The notes under the pieces: model-generated
Told to the model about the DNA's origin: nothing
Seen by the model: only the letters and a program-made list of their open reading frames with translations
The model's database searches: none
Part shown: one piece after another, positions 33,642 through 51,020 of the stretch
Layout: each line of letters starts with the position of its first letter
Numbering within the stretch: the stretch's first letter is position 1
Source: the human T2T-CHM13v2.0 reference genome, Homo sapiens
Assembly (NCBI RefSeq): GCF_009914755.1
Contig: NC_060927.1
Direction: 5' to 3' (one strand)
DNA length: 64,000 nt
Position numbers and translations under genes: made by a program

Positions 33642-34737
33642 ACATCTTCTTGACACAGCAAAGAAAACAATCAACAAAGTGAAAAGGCAACTTAAGAAGT
33701 GGGAGAAAATATTTTAAAGCCATGTATTTGATTAAGGGCTAATCTCCATAATAGATAAGGAACTTCTACAGCTCACTAGTAAAAATACTAATGACCCATT
33801 TTAAAAATGGACTAAGGACTTGAACAGATATTTCTATTTGTATGCCAAAAAAGACATACAAATGGCCAACAGATGTATGAAAAAAAAATGTTCAACATCA
33901 CTAATCATCAGGGAAATGAAACCAAATCCACAATGAGATATTACCTCATACCTGACATGATGGCAATTATCAAAAAATAAGACCACAAGCATTGGCAAGG
34001 ATGTGAAGAAACTTGAATCCTTGCACAGTGTTGGTGAGAATGTAAAATGATGCAGCTGCTGTGGAAAACAGTATGGAGATTCCTCAAAAAATTAAAAATA
34101 AAACTACTATATGATCCATCAATCACATATATGTCTATCAAAATAATTGAAATCATGATCTCAAAGAGACATTAGCACTTGTATGTTCATTACAGCACTA
34201 TTCACAATAGCAAGATGTGGAAATAACCTAAATGTTCATTGACAGTGGGATGGATAAAGAAAATATGGTATTAGGTTGGTACAAAAGCAATTTGCAGCTT
34301 TTGCCATCACTTTTAATGGCAAAATCCGCAGTTACTTTTGCACCAAATGAGTGTATTCATACCATGGGATACTATTCAGCCTTTCAAAAAAAGGACATTT
34401 TGCAACATGTGACAACATGGGTGAAACTTCAGGACATTATGCTAACCGAAATAAGTCACTCATGGAAAGACACATACTGCATGATTCTACCTATATGAGG
34501 TATCTAAACTAGTCAAGGTTGCAGAATCAAAGAGTAGAATGGTGATTGCTGGGGGCTGAGCAGAAGGGGAAATGGGGCATTACTAATCAACTGACATAAA
34601 ATTTCAGTCAAGCAAGATAAATGAGCACTAGAGATCTGCTATGTGACATTGTACCTTTAGGCAACAATAATGTATTGTACACTTAAGAATGTGTTAAGAG
34701 GATAGATCTCATTTTAAATGTTCTTAACACAATGAAA
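33642..34737 (+). mobile_element. L1MA/MB-type 3' portion
   Basis: ORF2 3' end and 3' UTR; TSD agaaatctgt at 33632-33641 and 34738-34747. Confidence 0.85.
34271..34351. mobile_element. MADE1 (Hsmar1 mariner MITE) inserted in the L1
   Basis: ta-ttaggttggtacaaaagcaatttgcagcttttgccatcacttttaatggcaaaatccgcagttacttttgcaccaa, palindromic 80-mer. Confidence 0.9.
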
Positions 34738-34940
34738 AGAAATCTGTGTTTACTTATCTAAGTGTCCTGTTTTTCTCGTGGTTGATTTTATTCACAGATG
34801 GGTTTTCCTAATGTGGTGGCAAGAATTACCATCAGGAGCTCCCAGCTTGCATTCTACTGGCTTGGGGACCCTTATGGAATAAGAGTACTTCTGTCCTCTG
34901 GGGTTCTTTATGATTCTAGAAAGAGTTTTAAATAAGGCCT

Positions 34941-35709
34941 TGTATTGGTTTCCCAATGCTGCTGTAACAAATTACCACAAACTTAATGGCTTAAAATAGA
35001 CTAAGTTTATTATAACTCTGGAAGTCAGAAAAATTCAAAATGGGTCAGCAGAGCTACATTTCTTTTAAAGGCTCTAGGGGAAAATGTATTTCCTTGATTT
35101 TTTCAGCTTCTAAAGGCTGCCTGCATTTCTTCACTCATGGCTTATTTTTCCATGCTCAAAGCCAACAATATGGCACCTTCAAATCTCGCTTTTCTCTCTC
35201 TTCTCTCTCTCTGTCTCCCTGACACACCTCTATTTCTGTCATTACATCTAATTGTCTGTGTGATGGTTAATTTATAATACATGTCAACTTGACTAGGATT
35301 AGCCTATTAACATTTCAATCAGTAGACTGAATAAATCAGATTACCTTACCTAATGTGGGTGAACCTCACTCGATCAGTTGAAAGCTGAATAGAAAAAAAC
35401 GCTGACCCTCCCTCAAGTTTGAGGAAACTTTTCCTGCCTAACCACTTTGAGCTGGAACATTGGTGTTTTGTTTTGCTTTGTTTCATTTTGTTTTGTTTTG
35501 TTTTCCTTCAAAAACATTAGCTCTTCTTGAGTCTCTAGCCTGTGGCTTCTGGTCTGAAACTTACACCACAGACTGTCTTGGTTCTCAGGCTTTCAGACTT
35601 GGACTGAAACAACACCATTGGCTTTCCTGGGTCTCCGAATAACTAACTGCAGATCTTAGGACTCCTTAGCCTTTATAACCATGTAAGCCAATTCCTTATA
35701 ACAATTCTC

Positions 35710-35750
<41 letters not shown>

Positions 35751-35995
35751 ACACTTTACATTGGCTTTGTTTCTCTGGAAAGCTCTGAGTAATACACTCT
35801 GACTCTAATTCTCTTGCCTCCCTCTTATAAAGACCCTCATGATTATATTGGTCCCACTCAGATAATCCAAGATAATCTCCCTGTATCAGGACCTAATCAT
35901 ACCTGCAAATTCCCTTTTGCCATGAAAGAAAACATATAGGTTTGGGGAATTAGGATGAGGTGGGCATCTTTGTGGCCATGATTCTGTCTACCACA
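34941..35995 (-). mobile_element. MLT1 LTR interrupted by an MLT2 LTR
   Basis: tgtattggtttcccaatgctgctgtaacaaattaccacaaacttaatggcttaaaa...attctgtctaccaca. Confidence 0.8.
35258..35795 (+). mobile_element. MLT2 (ERVL) LTR with (TG)n
   Basis: tgtgatggttaattt...tgtcaacttgactagg...tgtttctctggaaagctctgagtaataca. Confidence 0.8.
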
Positions 35996-38542
35996 GGTTC
36001 TCATTGGCCCAGAGGGGACTATTTCTTCATCTCTGAATTAATCTCTTTAGCTTGGGGGATCTGTTGCTCTGATCGACTATTTCTGAGACATTTTATCATA
36101 TCTTTATCTAAGCAGAGGAAGTAAGTAGCACCAGCAACAATATGTGTACTGAAAGCAGTTGGGTCTTCACATGCTATTTCAATATTAAAGGGATTTGGAT
36201 GCTGGAAAGACAAAAATGAAAGGTATTCTCTACAACCCCCAATCCAAAAGCACCTAGGACTGTTTTACAACAAAGTGCTCTGGAGTTGGAGTCAACCCAA
36301 TTCTGCTTTAAATTGTAGTTTAACACTTCAGAGCTGTTTGACTTTGGATGAGTTACCAAATTTCTCCTAGCCTCAGATACTTTGTTTTTAAAAACAGGGA
36401 TAAAAATATCTATAAAGCATGGCTATCATGTTGACTACAAAAAATCAAGTATATAAAATTTCTAGAAAATGAGTGGCCCTTAGCTGCTATGCAATAAATG
36501 AAAGGTTCTTTCTCCTTTCCATTTCTTTTCTGTGATAATCTGTATTTAAAACCCCACAAGGTGAACTTATCAAATCCAATTCTCAAGAGCTCTGTTAAAC
36601 TGAGATCAGGATGATTTTCCATCTGGCATGTAACATGACCATTTGGAGATGCTCACTTCTAATGGACAGATTTGAGAAACCACAATTAAAATGAGAGAAG
36701 CTCATTCTTCATATATCTACCTGGCGAGAAGGGATCAAAGGCAATGACTGGCACCAGTCGCTGCTAGAGAATTTAGGAGAAGAGAGAGTGAGAGGCAAAT
36801 GACCTTAGGAAGCTGGGAGAAAGACTCCACGGTACTCTCCATGCAGGCTTCTCTGGGAGCAGATAACATACTTCTATGATCTTTTTAAAGTCCCTTCCAA
36901 TCCTACCAGGTCATTATTATCAATGTCTATTAGTTAAGGCCTGGAAATAAATAAACTGGCACTCTTCTAGGAGGACTGGTGAAGAAGTTAGTAAGCATGA
37001 GGAGGTTAATAAGCAAGTGTTCCTCAAACATATAATATGCTGCAAGGTTTAAATAATAACATTAAATAACTGTCTTGAAATCTTTGCTATTTTTCATCAA
37101 TACTTATGCATAAATTAAAATATCAGAGAGGGGAAACAGTCCGTCCACAGTACAAAGTTTGTTGGGTATGTTGGTAGAAAATGTGGGGAAAGAAAGAAAT
37201 GTGTAGTAAACATATGGAGGTTGGGACTGAACATTATTTATTTTTGGACTTTTAAAGAGCTGGCAGAGCGAATTACTGAGCTGTGATTGACCAATTCTGG
37301 CAAGTCATCAAGGACAGGGTGTACATATATTTAAACAAAATTCAAGTATACACAGGACTCATTTCCCTGATCCCATCTGATTCAAAAAGCTGATCAAGGT
37401 CAGGATGGTCGGTATGTGGTTAAGAGATGGGCTTGGAATTTGGAGGTGTGGCAACCTCTGGGGACCACATGGTATAAGAAAAGGAACCCCGACCTATGAG
37501 TCAGGACCCTAGTAAGTCTCCACTCAAACATTGTTTGACATTGAAAGACAAACTTCTCTCTCTGATTTTATCTTCTCATCTGACAATCCAGGTAGTGCAG
37601 ATTAAATGATCCCTTTGAACACAAGCATCCTGTAATTCTGAGAAGAAAATGGTCTGTAAGGGACTATCTCCTCATCCTTTGTCACCCAAATTAAATGTTC
37701 TCTCCTTAGTACTTGGAATGCTTCTGCCAAACTCCCATAGAAATTGTGCCTTCTACAAGGGTATCAATCATATTTCACCTTGTGTTACAGCAATTTTGCA
37801 TTTCTCCAACAAAACTAGCTTTTCCTTCAGGACAGGGGTCCTGGTTGATACACATTTGAACTCCAACCCCTAATATAAGGCCCAGCCTATAACAGAGGTT
37901 TAGTAAGCATTGCAGAAAACTGAGTGGAACTTTTCCTGTTGTCCTAGAACTGGCAACAAGGCCCCAAAGCTGGAGACAAAGAGAATAAGTACTAAACATT
38001 CTGTTATCCTTTATCAAAAATGGGTACCAATTCTCCTTCAGACAGTATGAGTAGAAGGCTGTGAAAAACAAAGGAAAAGATGGTGAAAAGCAATCATTAA
38101 AGTCAGGAATTGGCCTACTGGGGAGTTGGGTGGATGCTCCTTTTGCCTTGAAACGAAGTGACAGGGGACAGCAGAGGCAAAGGAGAGTGACGTGTGGAGA
38201 ATGGAGAACTTTGAGTGATTAAGCACAGGAACTTGAGAGTCAGACTCTCCGCATTAGAATTTCATTTCCAGCAGTTACCCTCTCTGCAATGTAGTTCTCT
38301 GTGTAACAGAGATAGTAATAATGTCTACCTCATAAGATGTTGTGAAATTGAATTAATTATTATATATTAAGTGTTTAGAATAAGGCCTGGAATATTGTAA
38401 ACAAACATACAATAGAAAACATTTCTATTATATATAAAAATGTATATTTTAAATAAAATAAATAGTTCTATTATTTCATTATTAAATAAAATTTTATTAT
38501 AAAAATAAAAAGAATAAAATAAAATTATTCAGTACCTTCTGA

Positions 38543-41235
<2,693 letters not shown>

Positions 41236-42582
41236 TTCACTACTATATTAGGAAGTAATGGAAAAGAGATGAGAGTAGAAAACAAACTTTGGATCAAGGA
41301 AGAGTGCCAGTTAGGAGAAAATTGAGCAATAAGCTTCCATTAGGTTTTCTGCAGCACTGGACTGATGGTTTAGTTCTGTATCTGACACAAACATAGAGAG
41401 CTGTGCAATAGAACAGTCTTTTGTGGCCAGGTGGGAGTAAATGGCAAAGCCCCTTTAGAAGAGGACAGAATTTAGCACAAGAATGAAAATGGTGGGAGCA
41501 GCTGAGAATGAGAGAGAGAAGGCACATTTGAACACTCTGCAGACAAAATCCCAAACTCATTCCTGTGAGACTGTGCTGCAAGCATCTCCAAAAAATTGTC
41601 AGAGTTCGTTTTCCTGTCCTCTTTCTCTGTGTTGCTACAAATGTGAGGTTTGAAATTTTTAAAAAAGATACTCATTACCCTTTGCAAGAGAGCCTTGGGA
41701 GGCATAAAGACACCAATAATGAAAACCACAACAACAGCATAAGCTGGATGCCATAAAAAGTGCTCCACAGCCTAGCAAACATAGCTGGCAGGATGCTGGG
41801 CTGCATCTTCTTAAGGTCGGCTCCGGCTGGGCTCTGTGGTGATGAGCAGCCCAGAAAAAAAGTCATGACATTGTTGGCCTCCACAGTCAGTGAGGAAACA
41901 CCAGCTAGGAGCTCCTGGGATTCTGATGCCCCTGCAAGCTCTTAGGCACGACCCTGCTCCAAATGGTCCTAACTTCCCTTCAGTGCCCTACCATTCACTG
42001 AGTGCTCACAGTAGCCCATAGTGCCCCCAGTTTTCATATATATTGAACAACCCTTCCACTTTGTGGATAAAGCTCCACAGCTATGAACTTGCCCAATGAC
42101 ACATATTATCTAAATATGGATCTAAGACTGCAGTCCAGACCTCTGATCCAAATTCAGTTCTGTTCTCTGGCTGTAAATGAGTGGAGGATGCTATAGGGAG
42201 GAGTCGGGGATGGGGACAGGGAAGCAGGAGAAGGCCTGGGCTGGCCTGAGGCTCAGGTCTTTTATGGTGGAATGACCTGTGAAGACCTTCATTTCTTCCC
42301 ATTTAAAAGGACCCCCTCAGTTTTATTCTGGAAAGACCTGCTCATTGACTTTAAGGATTCTTCAAGTCAATTTCCTTTGCTTGTTTTTAACTCAGTTTTA
42401 TCTTCCGGAAAATATTGTATAATCTCACTGGAAGAACAGAGAAGGAATCAGAAAATGCCAGGAAAGCCATTAGAAAACTTTATGCTATTAAAATGGTGGT
42501 ATGTATGAAAATGCTCTCATAAACAGCAACTTCTTACATATGGTTTTCCCCTCTCAATTAATTATTATTATCAGCTTAGCAC

Positions 42583-42752
42583 ATGGAGTTCTCAAATTCT
42601 AGCATGCATTAGAATTACCTGGAAGACTTTTCAGCCCATAGATATAGACTGCTGAGGCTTGCCCCAGAAATCTATGTGATTCAGGTGATGATTTGCATTT
42701 TTCCAATTAGGATTTCATATTGCTATTAGGCCACACTTTGAGAGGCCACTGT
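42583..42752. mobile_element. MER5A-type MITE
   Basis: gttctcaaattctagcatgcattagaattacctgga...ccacactttgagaggccactg. Confidence 0.7.
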
Positions 42753-43928
42753 CCTAGCAGAAAGGTGTGCCTTGCTCATGTGTGAATCACAATCTCTCCC
42801 TTCTCTTGAGCCCTCACCTTTAAATCTATTTAACCCATGGGTTGGATGTTATAGGAGAAAACACTTTGGGTAATTTTTTGGCATAGAAATCTCTCATCAC
42901 CAGGAATGGTTCCAAATTATGCAGTGCTGAGTTCCTACTGGAAATTTTCTGTGCTGTGTAATGTGATTTGTGGTTATAGTTGATTGACCTATAGGTAAAT
43001 TACTCATCCATGCAGGGAAGATAAAACTGGGACCAGGATCTCTTCCACTGAAAATACTCCAAAGCTTTCTCACAACTCTCAGGCTAAAGGGCAAAATCTT
43101 TAGTGGCCATATTAGTCAGGGTAAGCTAAGGCTGAAACAGCCCCAACATATCAGTGGTTTAATCTAATAAAGATTTATTTCTTGTTTCATTTCCAATCCA
43201 AACAAGTTGGCAGAAAATGGGTCTGTTTTGTGCAGTCATTTCAGGGATTAGGTACCTTCTAATTTGAGGCTCCACCACTCTTTAGAGTTTTGTTAATGAC
43301 TAGCAGATAAAATAAGAAAGAGTGGGGTTTTAGTAGGAGGTTTAAGGCCTGGAGGTGATCCTTATTAATTTCCACCCATATTTCATTAGCCAGAACCTAC
43401 TCAGATGGCTGCACCTAATTGCAAATCTGGCTGTAGGCCCAGGAGGAGAAGGTAGGGTTTGGTGAACAGAAATGTTTCTCTTACATGTGGCTTTTAAGGC
43501 CTTTTGTGATCTAGTCACTACCTATTACTACACAAATCCATTCTGTTCCAACCTCAGGGCATATGCTTCTCATTCATGTAAAATATTCTTTATCCCATTG
43601 TTGCCTTGTAAACTTCTAATTAGCCTTCCAATTGTAACACTCAATTGCAACTTCCATTTATAACTAGGAAGGTAACTAGGGACAGGTTGTCCTAATATGC
43701 ATATTTTAATAAAATAATTTGCCTCTCCTTGAAATTCAAATAATTTTAATTATGCTGATATTTGTGTGATTACTTCATTAATTCTACATTCTCTATTCAT
43801 TCTACATTCCTCATGGGGCTGTAAATCCCATGAGAGTAGAGGCTATTTAGTTATGTTCATTGGATCCCTATTGCCTATCACTGTGTTGAGCAAATAGTAG
43901 GCATTCAATGAATATTTGCTTAATGAAT

Positions 43929-44348
43929 GGAAGGAAGGAAGGAAGGAAGGGAGGGAAGGAAGGAAGGAGGGAAGGAAGGAAAGAAGGAAGGAAGAAGGGA
44001 AGGGAGGAAAGAAGGAAGGAAGAAGGGAAGGGAGGAAGAAAGGAAGGAAGTGAGGAAGGGAGGGAGGAAGGAAAGAAAGAAGGAAGGGGGGGAGGAAGAA
44101 AGGAAGGAAGGAAGTGAGGAAGGAAGGAAAGAAGGAAGGAAAGAAGGAGGGAGGGAGGGAAGGAAGGAAAGAGGGAGGGAGAGAAGGAAGGGAAGGAGAG
44201 GGAAAGGAAAGGAAGGGAAGGGGAGGGGAGGGAAGGCAAGGGAGAGGAGTAAGGGAAGGAAGGGAAGGGAAGGAAAGGAGGAAAAGAAGGAAGGAAGGAA
44301 AAAAGGAAGAAGGAAGAAAGGAAGGAATGAAGAAGGGAGGAAGGAAGA
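43929..44348. repeat. About 420-bp GGAA/GGGA/GAAA polypurine tract at the end of an L2
   Basis: Only five pyrimidines counted on the + strand; follows the L2 tail ...gcattcaatgaatatttgcttaatgaatgg. Confidence 0.97.
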
Positions 44349-44552
44349 TAAGTAGAGCTGTTTTTTGTTATGGTTACATTCTGGAAAGAAGTTTCTGTTT
44401 TCCATGTTGTTGAGATTCCTTTTTTTTCATTACTCTTGTATGGTCAACCCCTCCTTCAATTCTTTGAGACCCCAAAAGTTTTTCTGATAAATCCCCCCTT
44501 GAAGCTTAAACAGAGCCAGTTTATATTGCTTCCTAACAAAATAATTCCAAGT

Positions 44553-44722
44553 CAGTGTTTTTTAAACTTGAGAACATATGAATACCTGGAGATCTGGTTA
44601 AGATGTGGATTCTGATTCAGGAAGTCTTGGAATTGGCATGGGGTCTGAGGCTATGTATTTTTAACAAGAGCTCAGGTGATTTTGATTTTGATGCTGCTTC
44701 TTCATGGACCACATTTTGAGGG
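44553..44722. mobile_element. MER5-type MITE
   Basis: cagtgttttttaaacttgag...gattctgattcag...caggtgatttt...ggaccacattttgag. Confidence 0.7.
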
Positions 44723-47700
44723 GTGAGATCTGGCTTGAATACCATAACCCAACTGGATGATCACTCAAAGAATTTGTTCTGGAGTGCCATTGCCCTTCGG
44801 CTCATGGAGGAAGGAGTGAATTCTCTTTACCTACCATGCTTCTACACTAACAGCTGATTCACTCCACTTGATTTCAAGTGTCTTTATCCTCTAGCTGCCC
44901 TCATGGCACCCATAGCACCTATACTGATTGTTGAGTTTGACTTCCTGCCTCCTGACCTAATGGTAATTTTAAATCTCACATCACTTGGCCAGTTCACTGG
45001 AATGTCTGAATATTTACTACAAGCATTTAATTGCCCCAAACAATGAATTAACTATCAAAATGCCGAGTCTGGCAGACACAGCCTATTTTTTGTAAATGAC
45101 ATTTTCACCACCATTGCTTTAAAAGGCTCAGCAGCTGACATCCCTTGGGCGCAAGCTGGCCTGTTGTTTTGAAAACTATCAGCTCCTCTCAAGATTCTAC
45201 ATAATCTACAGCTCATTCATACTTCCCTCTAAAGAAATAGTTACTTTAGTTTTTGATAGTTCTTCCTATCTTACAAAACCTATTGATGTATGTCATTTCA
45301 TTCTATCATCACATCCTTTAAAATTAGTTCTGCATCATCATCTATGGAGATGGCACCTCCAAGGACTGTGTATTGTATCACAAGTATGCATCATTGCTCT
45401 GCAACACCAGGAACCACAGATTTACATGGAGTCTTGTGTTGAGATGGCAATTTTCTGAAAAGCTCTATGAACCAAGCAACACCATGTGAGCCTCCGTCTA
45501 ACAGTGTGTAACATAAAAGAACAAACATGTCTTTACCCGCTACAATAGAAGTGCAGACAGCAGGTGATTTTAAAGAGAGGCAATGTCCACCTCCCCACAG
45601 GGAGGCGTATCAGATGAAAAAAGAAGTATGTTAGTGTGTAAAACTATTTTTCAAAAGGATTTGACTACTTGATTATTTTTCAGCCATTTAAGTAACTTTG
45701 ATAAAAGGTGAGATATTATGTTTATCCATTTATTAAAGAAAGCTTAAACTTTGTCAGGTTGTCAGCCACATCATTATGAGTGCTCTTGGGCCTAGTGTGG
45801 CAATCACAGATTTCAAATAAAGTGACTGGCAATGCAGACTTATTCAGGAGCACACGGGAGCCCTCCCCAGAAGGGTTTGAGCAAAAGGAGCAAGAACCAG
45901 GGGAACTGAATGTCACTGCTATTTTCCCCTTTGGCAGCCACAGGCTGGGAAGTTCTGGGTAAGTAGAAAATGTGGTCCATATTTTTAAGACATGTCAGTG
46001 AAAGTTACATAGTTTTAACATAAGCTAATTATTAGTTTTAGGAAAAATGTAGACATTGAAACTTTGTGACAGTTGTTCATGTTTGATGGTGACATGTCAA
46101 GGTCTGCACTGATATACTGTACATAATTTCTCATAAGAACCCCTTCAAATTGAATACTGTTAGCTGCAACTTAAAGATGGAAAAACAAAGGCTTAGAAAG
46201 ATAAGCAATTTTCCCAGGGTTACACAGAGTACATCCAAACTCAAGCCTGGCCGACTTGACTCTAAAGCCTGCTAATACCTATTCACCAAAGCGAATTCCT
46301 ACTTTGGTGATTTTTTTGGATCTGCTGTGTAAACCATAGTGACCATGGTGTTGACACCACAAACTCGGTTAAAGAGAGAAGAGAACTCATTGCACCAGTA
46401 TTATCTTCACTGCTTGTCCATGTTGAAATTATCCAGAACCTCCACAGCCTTCCAGTTCACTGCATATATGCACAGTGTTTCCATAATATGCTGTTAAGAA
46501 GTTCAGAATTGAATATTCCACTAAGTTTCTTTTGCTCTGTGGAGAAATCTGAGTCATTACTGGTCTGCTGAAGTAACCCCAAAGGGCTCTGGTATCAGCC
46601 ATCTACCTCTCCATCAGGTGACCAAGTTTTTGCATCTGAATCAGATTTTGAGATTATTATAAGTAGAAAGAAAACTCCTGCCCTGACCTTCCAAATAAGA
46701 ACATAGATTCCACTCATATAAATATGCACCTTTGCTGGGAGCCTTCTACCCTTCACACCGAAGAGAGACAGAAATATGTTGTAGCTTCTTAATTGAAAAG
46801 AAAAATTATGTTTCCTTTTAAACCCTCTGTCCCTCCTTTGCCTCCTTCTTTACAGATTCTGGGTTACCACGGCCCTTATAGGGCACTTTTTGGCTCGAGC
46901 TTACTCAGGGTATACCCTCAGGGTCTACCATAGAGTTAAGAAACTCTTTGTTCAGAAAGCAATTCCACAGGAATTGTTTACTATTCCCCATGCATATTTA
47001 ATCCCTGCAAAGAGATGAAAGTCATATGCAAAATAATCATAGAAGTTAAATATTTAAAAGTGCATTATCAAGTTCTTACTGTAGGCAAGGGAAAAATAGG
47101 TTTGGCTATAAAATGTTCCCAGTCAGGAAAAATTATGTGAGAGAAACAAAAAGCGTGGGGATAGGCTTGAAAGTCTTATAGGGACCCTCTGGACTATATC
47201 ATCAAAAGAACAAGAAGCAAGAGGGAAGAGGTGTAAATGTGATTACTCTAGTATCTCTTTTAGTTCTGGTCAACTCGTCAATACAGTGCAGGAGAGCATG
47301 TTTCAAGATCAAGTTCTCTGAATACAGTTATAGTGTCCTAAAGGGCTAGATAACTGTGAAATATTCAACCTCATGGTGGTTGTGTGTATCTAATTACAGA
47401 AAGAGATTTTTTTTTTTTTACCTCTTCACTTGGCAGCTTAAAATCTTCTAGGACTCAAACCCTTAGCCACACTCCACTTGAGTGTCAATTTCTAGTGTTT
47501 TAAAAATGAATATTTCAATGAATACTAATGTTCTTCTAAGAAACCACCCAGAAGCCAGCAAAACCCTGACGAGAAAAATTTGCTTTGAAATGTGCCAAAC
47601 ATTCAGAATATTATTTACCATGGGATTTGCTGAGACTGTTGACAAATCCCAGAAGATACTGTGTGGAAAGTTTTCAAGAAAATGGTTACATTTCACCATC

Positions 47701-48227
47701 TAGAGTTTTCCAGAGGGATCCAGATGCAGAGCCTAACACAAATGAGCTCACATTATCCCTGAAGGAGGAGAAAAACTGTTGGGCTGCGGATTAAGTTACT
47801 GAATGCTTTGTCCACTCCAGCCTTTGGTGAAATCTTGTCCATACAGTAAGCAGAAACAGCACTCCCCACCCCTGAAAGTCACAAAAGAAAAGCATGTCAG
47901 GAAGGTGGTGATGATGGGGAACTGCTTCCTGGATATTAGATCTCACAAAAATAAGAGACTCTGGTGTTTTATCGATACCAGTGGGATTCTAGAACTGTGT
48001 TCATGGCTTTGGGATTGTAAGAAAGGGAAAGCACTAGTATGGAAGAGGGTATTTCCAATCACTAATCCCAACTGTGCAGTGTATCTACTATATGACTTTG
48101 AACAACTCACTCTTCCTCTCTTGGGGTCTTAGCTTTATTATTTATAAACTAAGTGAAAAAATTCCAAATTGACTAATGTAATAACCCCTAGCTATATGTG
48201 AATGAAATTAAAATTTACTTTATCAGT

Positions 48228-48333
48228 CACACTACTCAAATTTCAATGCCATGTGTAGCTAGTGGCTACCATATTGATAGCACAGATTATAAACCATTTC
48301 TGTCATCACAGAAAGTTCTGTTGAATAATGTTG
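48228..48333. mobile_element. MER3 fragment
   Basis: gctagtggctaccatattgatagcacag...catcacagaaagttctgttg. Confidence 0.7.
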
Positions 48334-49229
48334 GTAGAGAAGATATATGTGGTCTTTTCTAACTCCAAAATTCTGAATCCATGCCCACACACCATCTGTG
48401 CTAGCCAGGATTATACAGCATGGACTCCTAGCCCTAGAACAGCAGCCTTTGTCTGCTAAACAGATAATGAGTGTGTCATTTGTAACAGAGTGAGGAGATT
48501 TTGGCTGGGATTGGCATTCAACCACCAAGCAGATGCAACAAGGAACACAATGGAAAACCCCACTAAAGAGGAATGAGGGAGAAAGCTGACTGGCCAGATG
48601 GCAGGCCTGGGTTCCCATTCCCAAACCTCACACTTGGTCAAACCTCTGAAAGAGACAGAAATACCAGACCCAGTCCTCCGAGAATAAGGCCTTTTATTGT
48701 TTATTCATTCACAATCAGCTGACTCAGGATAATTTACTATTTAGAACTTGGTTAATGCCATAAGAGCTGAACTCCAAAAATAATCCGCCTCTAGAAAAGT
48801 TGGTATCATGGGCTCACCTTTCCAGCAAGCCAATGGGGAAAATGTAACTCAATTACTCCCTGTGTCTGAAAACATGGAACTCACAGAACCAAACCAAGAT
48901 ACCTTGTTTGCTTAGCTCCTATTCTATCCTTTGATACAGCTGACTTTTGGTTGCTATTGTGGTTGTTCCGTTTTAATTTTTTAGTCAAAGAGAGCTCTGA
49001 TCATGGAAGAGGGACACTGTTGGAAGGATATGAGGATCCAGGCCAAATGGAAATAAATCCTGCACATTATTTATTCTAATCAGTTATAACTAAATCTACA
49101 GCTGATTCATTTAATCATGGGTTCAGGGTCTAGAGAGCTGAGGCAATGGAAAACCCAGTGCAGAACTCTCCCTCTAAAGGTTATATCCTATACTCAAACT
49201 ATGTCAGCCCTTTCTCTAATAAAATAAGA

Positions 49230-49460
49230 CTGATAACAAACATTTATCTAGCACTAGGTATGCAACTGACATGCTTCCAAAGGCTTTAGATGTATTTAGT
49301 AATTTAACCCTCCCAGTAAACTTATGAAGTAGAGACAAAACTTTTCCTACTTTAGAGTGTGAAACTGAGGCACAAATAGTTTCAGTGCTTTGCACAAGAT
49401 CACGCAGCTGGGACATGATAGAAACAGATTCTGCACTTAAGAATTCTACTTTTAGAATGT
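49230..49460 (-). mobile_element. MIR SINE
   Basis: aacatttat...gaaactgaggcaca...cttgcacaagatcacgcagct. Confidence 0.7.
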
Positions 49461-50142
49461 CCATGATGCACCATGTTTCTACAGAGCCATTCTAAATCAA
49501 TTAGACTGTTATTTGAAAGCCAGCGTGTGAATAGCAGAGTCTATGTAAAACGTACAGTTTCAAGGTTGTCACATAATAGAAAAGATGACAGAAAAAGTGG
49601 AGTGGCTGTGACAGGAGCTGGAGTGAGTTTGGCTGGCCTTGTTGAAAACAAATTAGGGACCACATCGGTCAGGCAAATCAAAACCCAAAAGACATTCTTA
49701 CAACAGAGGCTCTTAGCCAAGACAGCCTTAACTAACTGAACTTTTTCTTTTCTTTCCTTACTCGGAAAGGGCAACAAACAGTGAAATAGTCAAAAGAAAG
49801 AACATATACAGACTATGGGTGCATAAAAATAGAGGTCTAGATAAGCAAGAAGTTGTTAATATGAATATGAAGCATGAGAGGAGCTCACTTTAGAATGGGT
49901 TTAAAATTAGGGTGTCTGTCATCATTTTGGGTGGTTTACTCTATAAAGAAGTGCAGTGAGGAAAAAGTCACTTCTTCCTAGGTGTGATGCCTGTAATTCA
50001 GGGAGCTGCCATTGCATGGTTAGAAAATTTGCAAAGATAGTAGTCAGTGTTAAAGTGCTCCCAAACACAGATAACAAAGAAAGCCAAAAGGTTAGTGCAG
50101 TCATGGTGCAACTACAATTTCTCAATAAAATAACCCTCTCCT

Positions 50143-50753
<611 letters not shown>

Positions 50754-50979
50754 TCATAGAAGATAATTTAATGTTTTTGTGAAGACAATGGATATGATAA
50801 GCGCAAACTTAAAATCTTAGTTTATCTGAGGGCTATGTGGCAGCCTCTCTCATACTCACTTTGTATTGATTGATTGCCACTTTATCTTTGGGGGTAAACG
50901 TTCTTGTATTTGTTTCCTAGAAACAGAGATTCCAGGAAGGTTTTACTGACATGGCTAGTTCTTTCATCTGCAACATTTA

Positions 50980-50983
<4 letters not shown>

Positions 50984-51018
<35 letters not shown>
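50984..51018. repeat. (CA)n microsatellite
   Basis: Read directly. Confidence 0.95.

Positions 51019-51020
<2 letters not shown>

Noticed and set aside
38400-38530. Extremely AT-rich patch
   Set aside because: Low-complexity sequence at a MIR end with no discernible unit or structure.
43868-44413. Long R/K/E/G-rich and P/S/F/L-rich ORFs on both strands
   Set aside because: Translation artefacts of the polypurine microsatellite.
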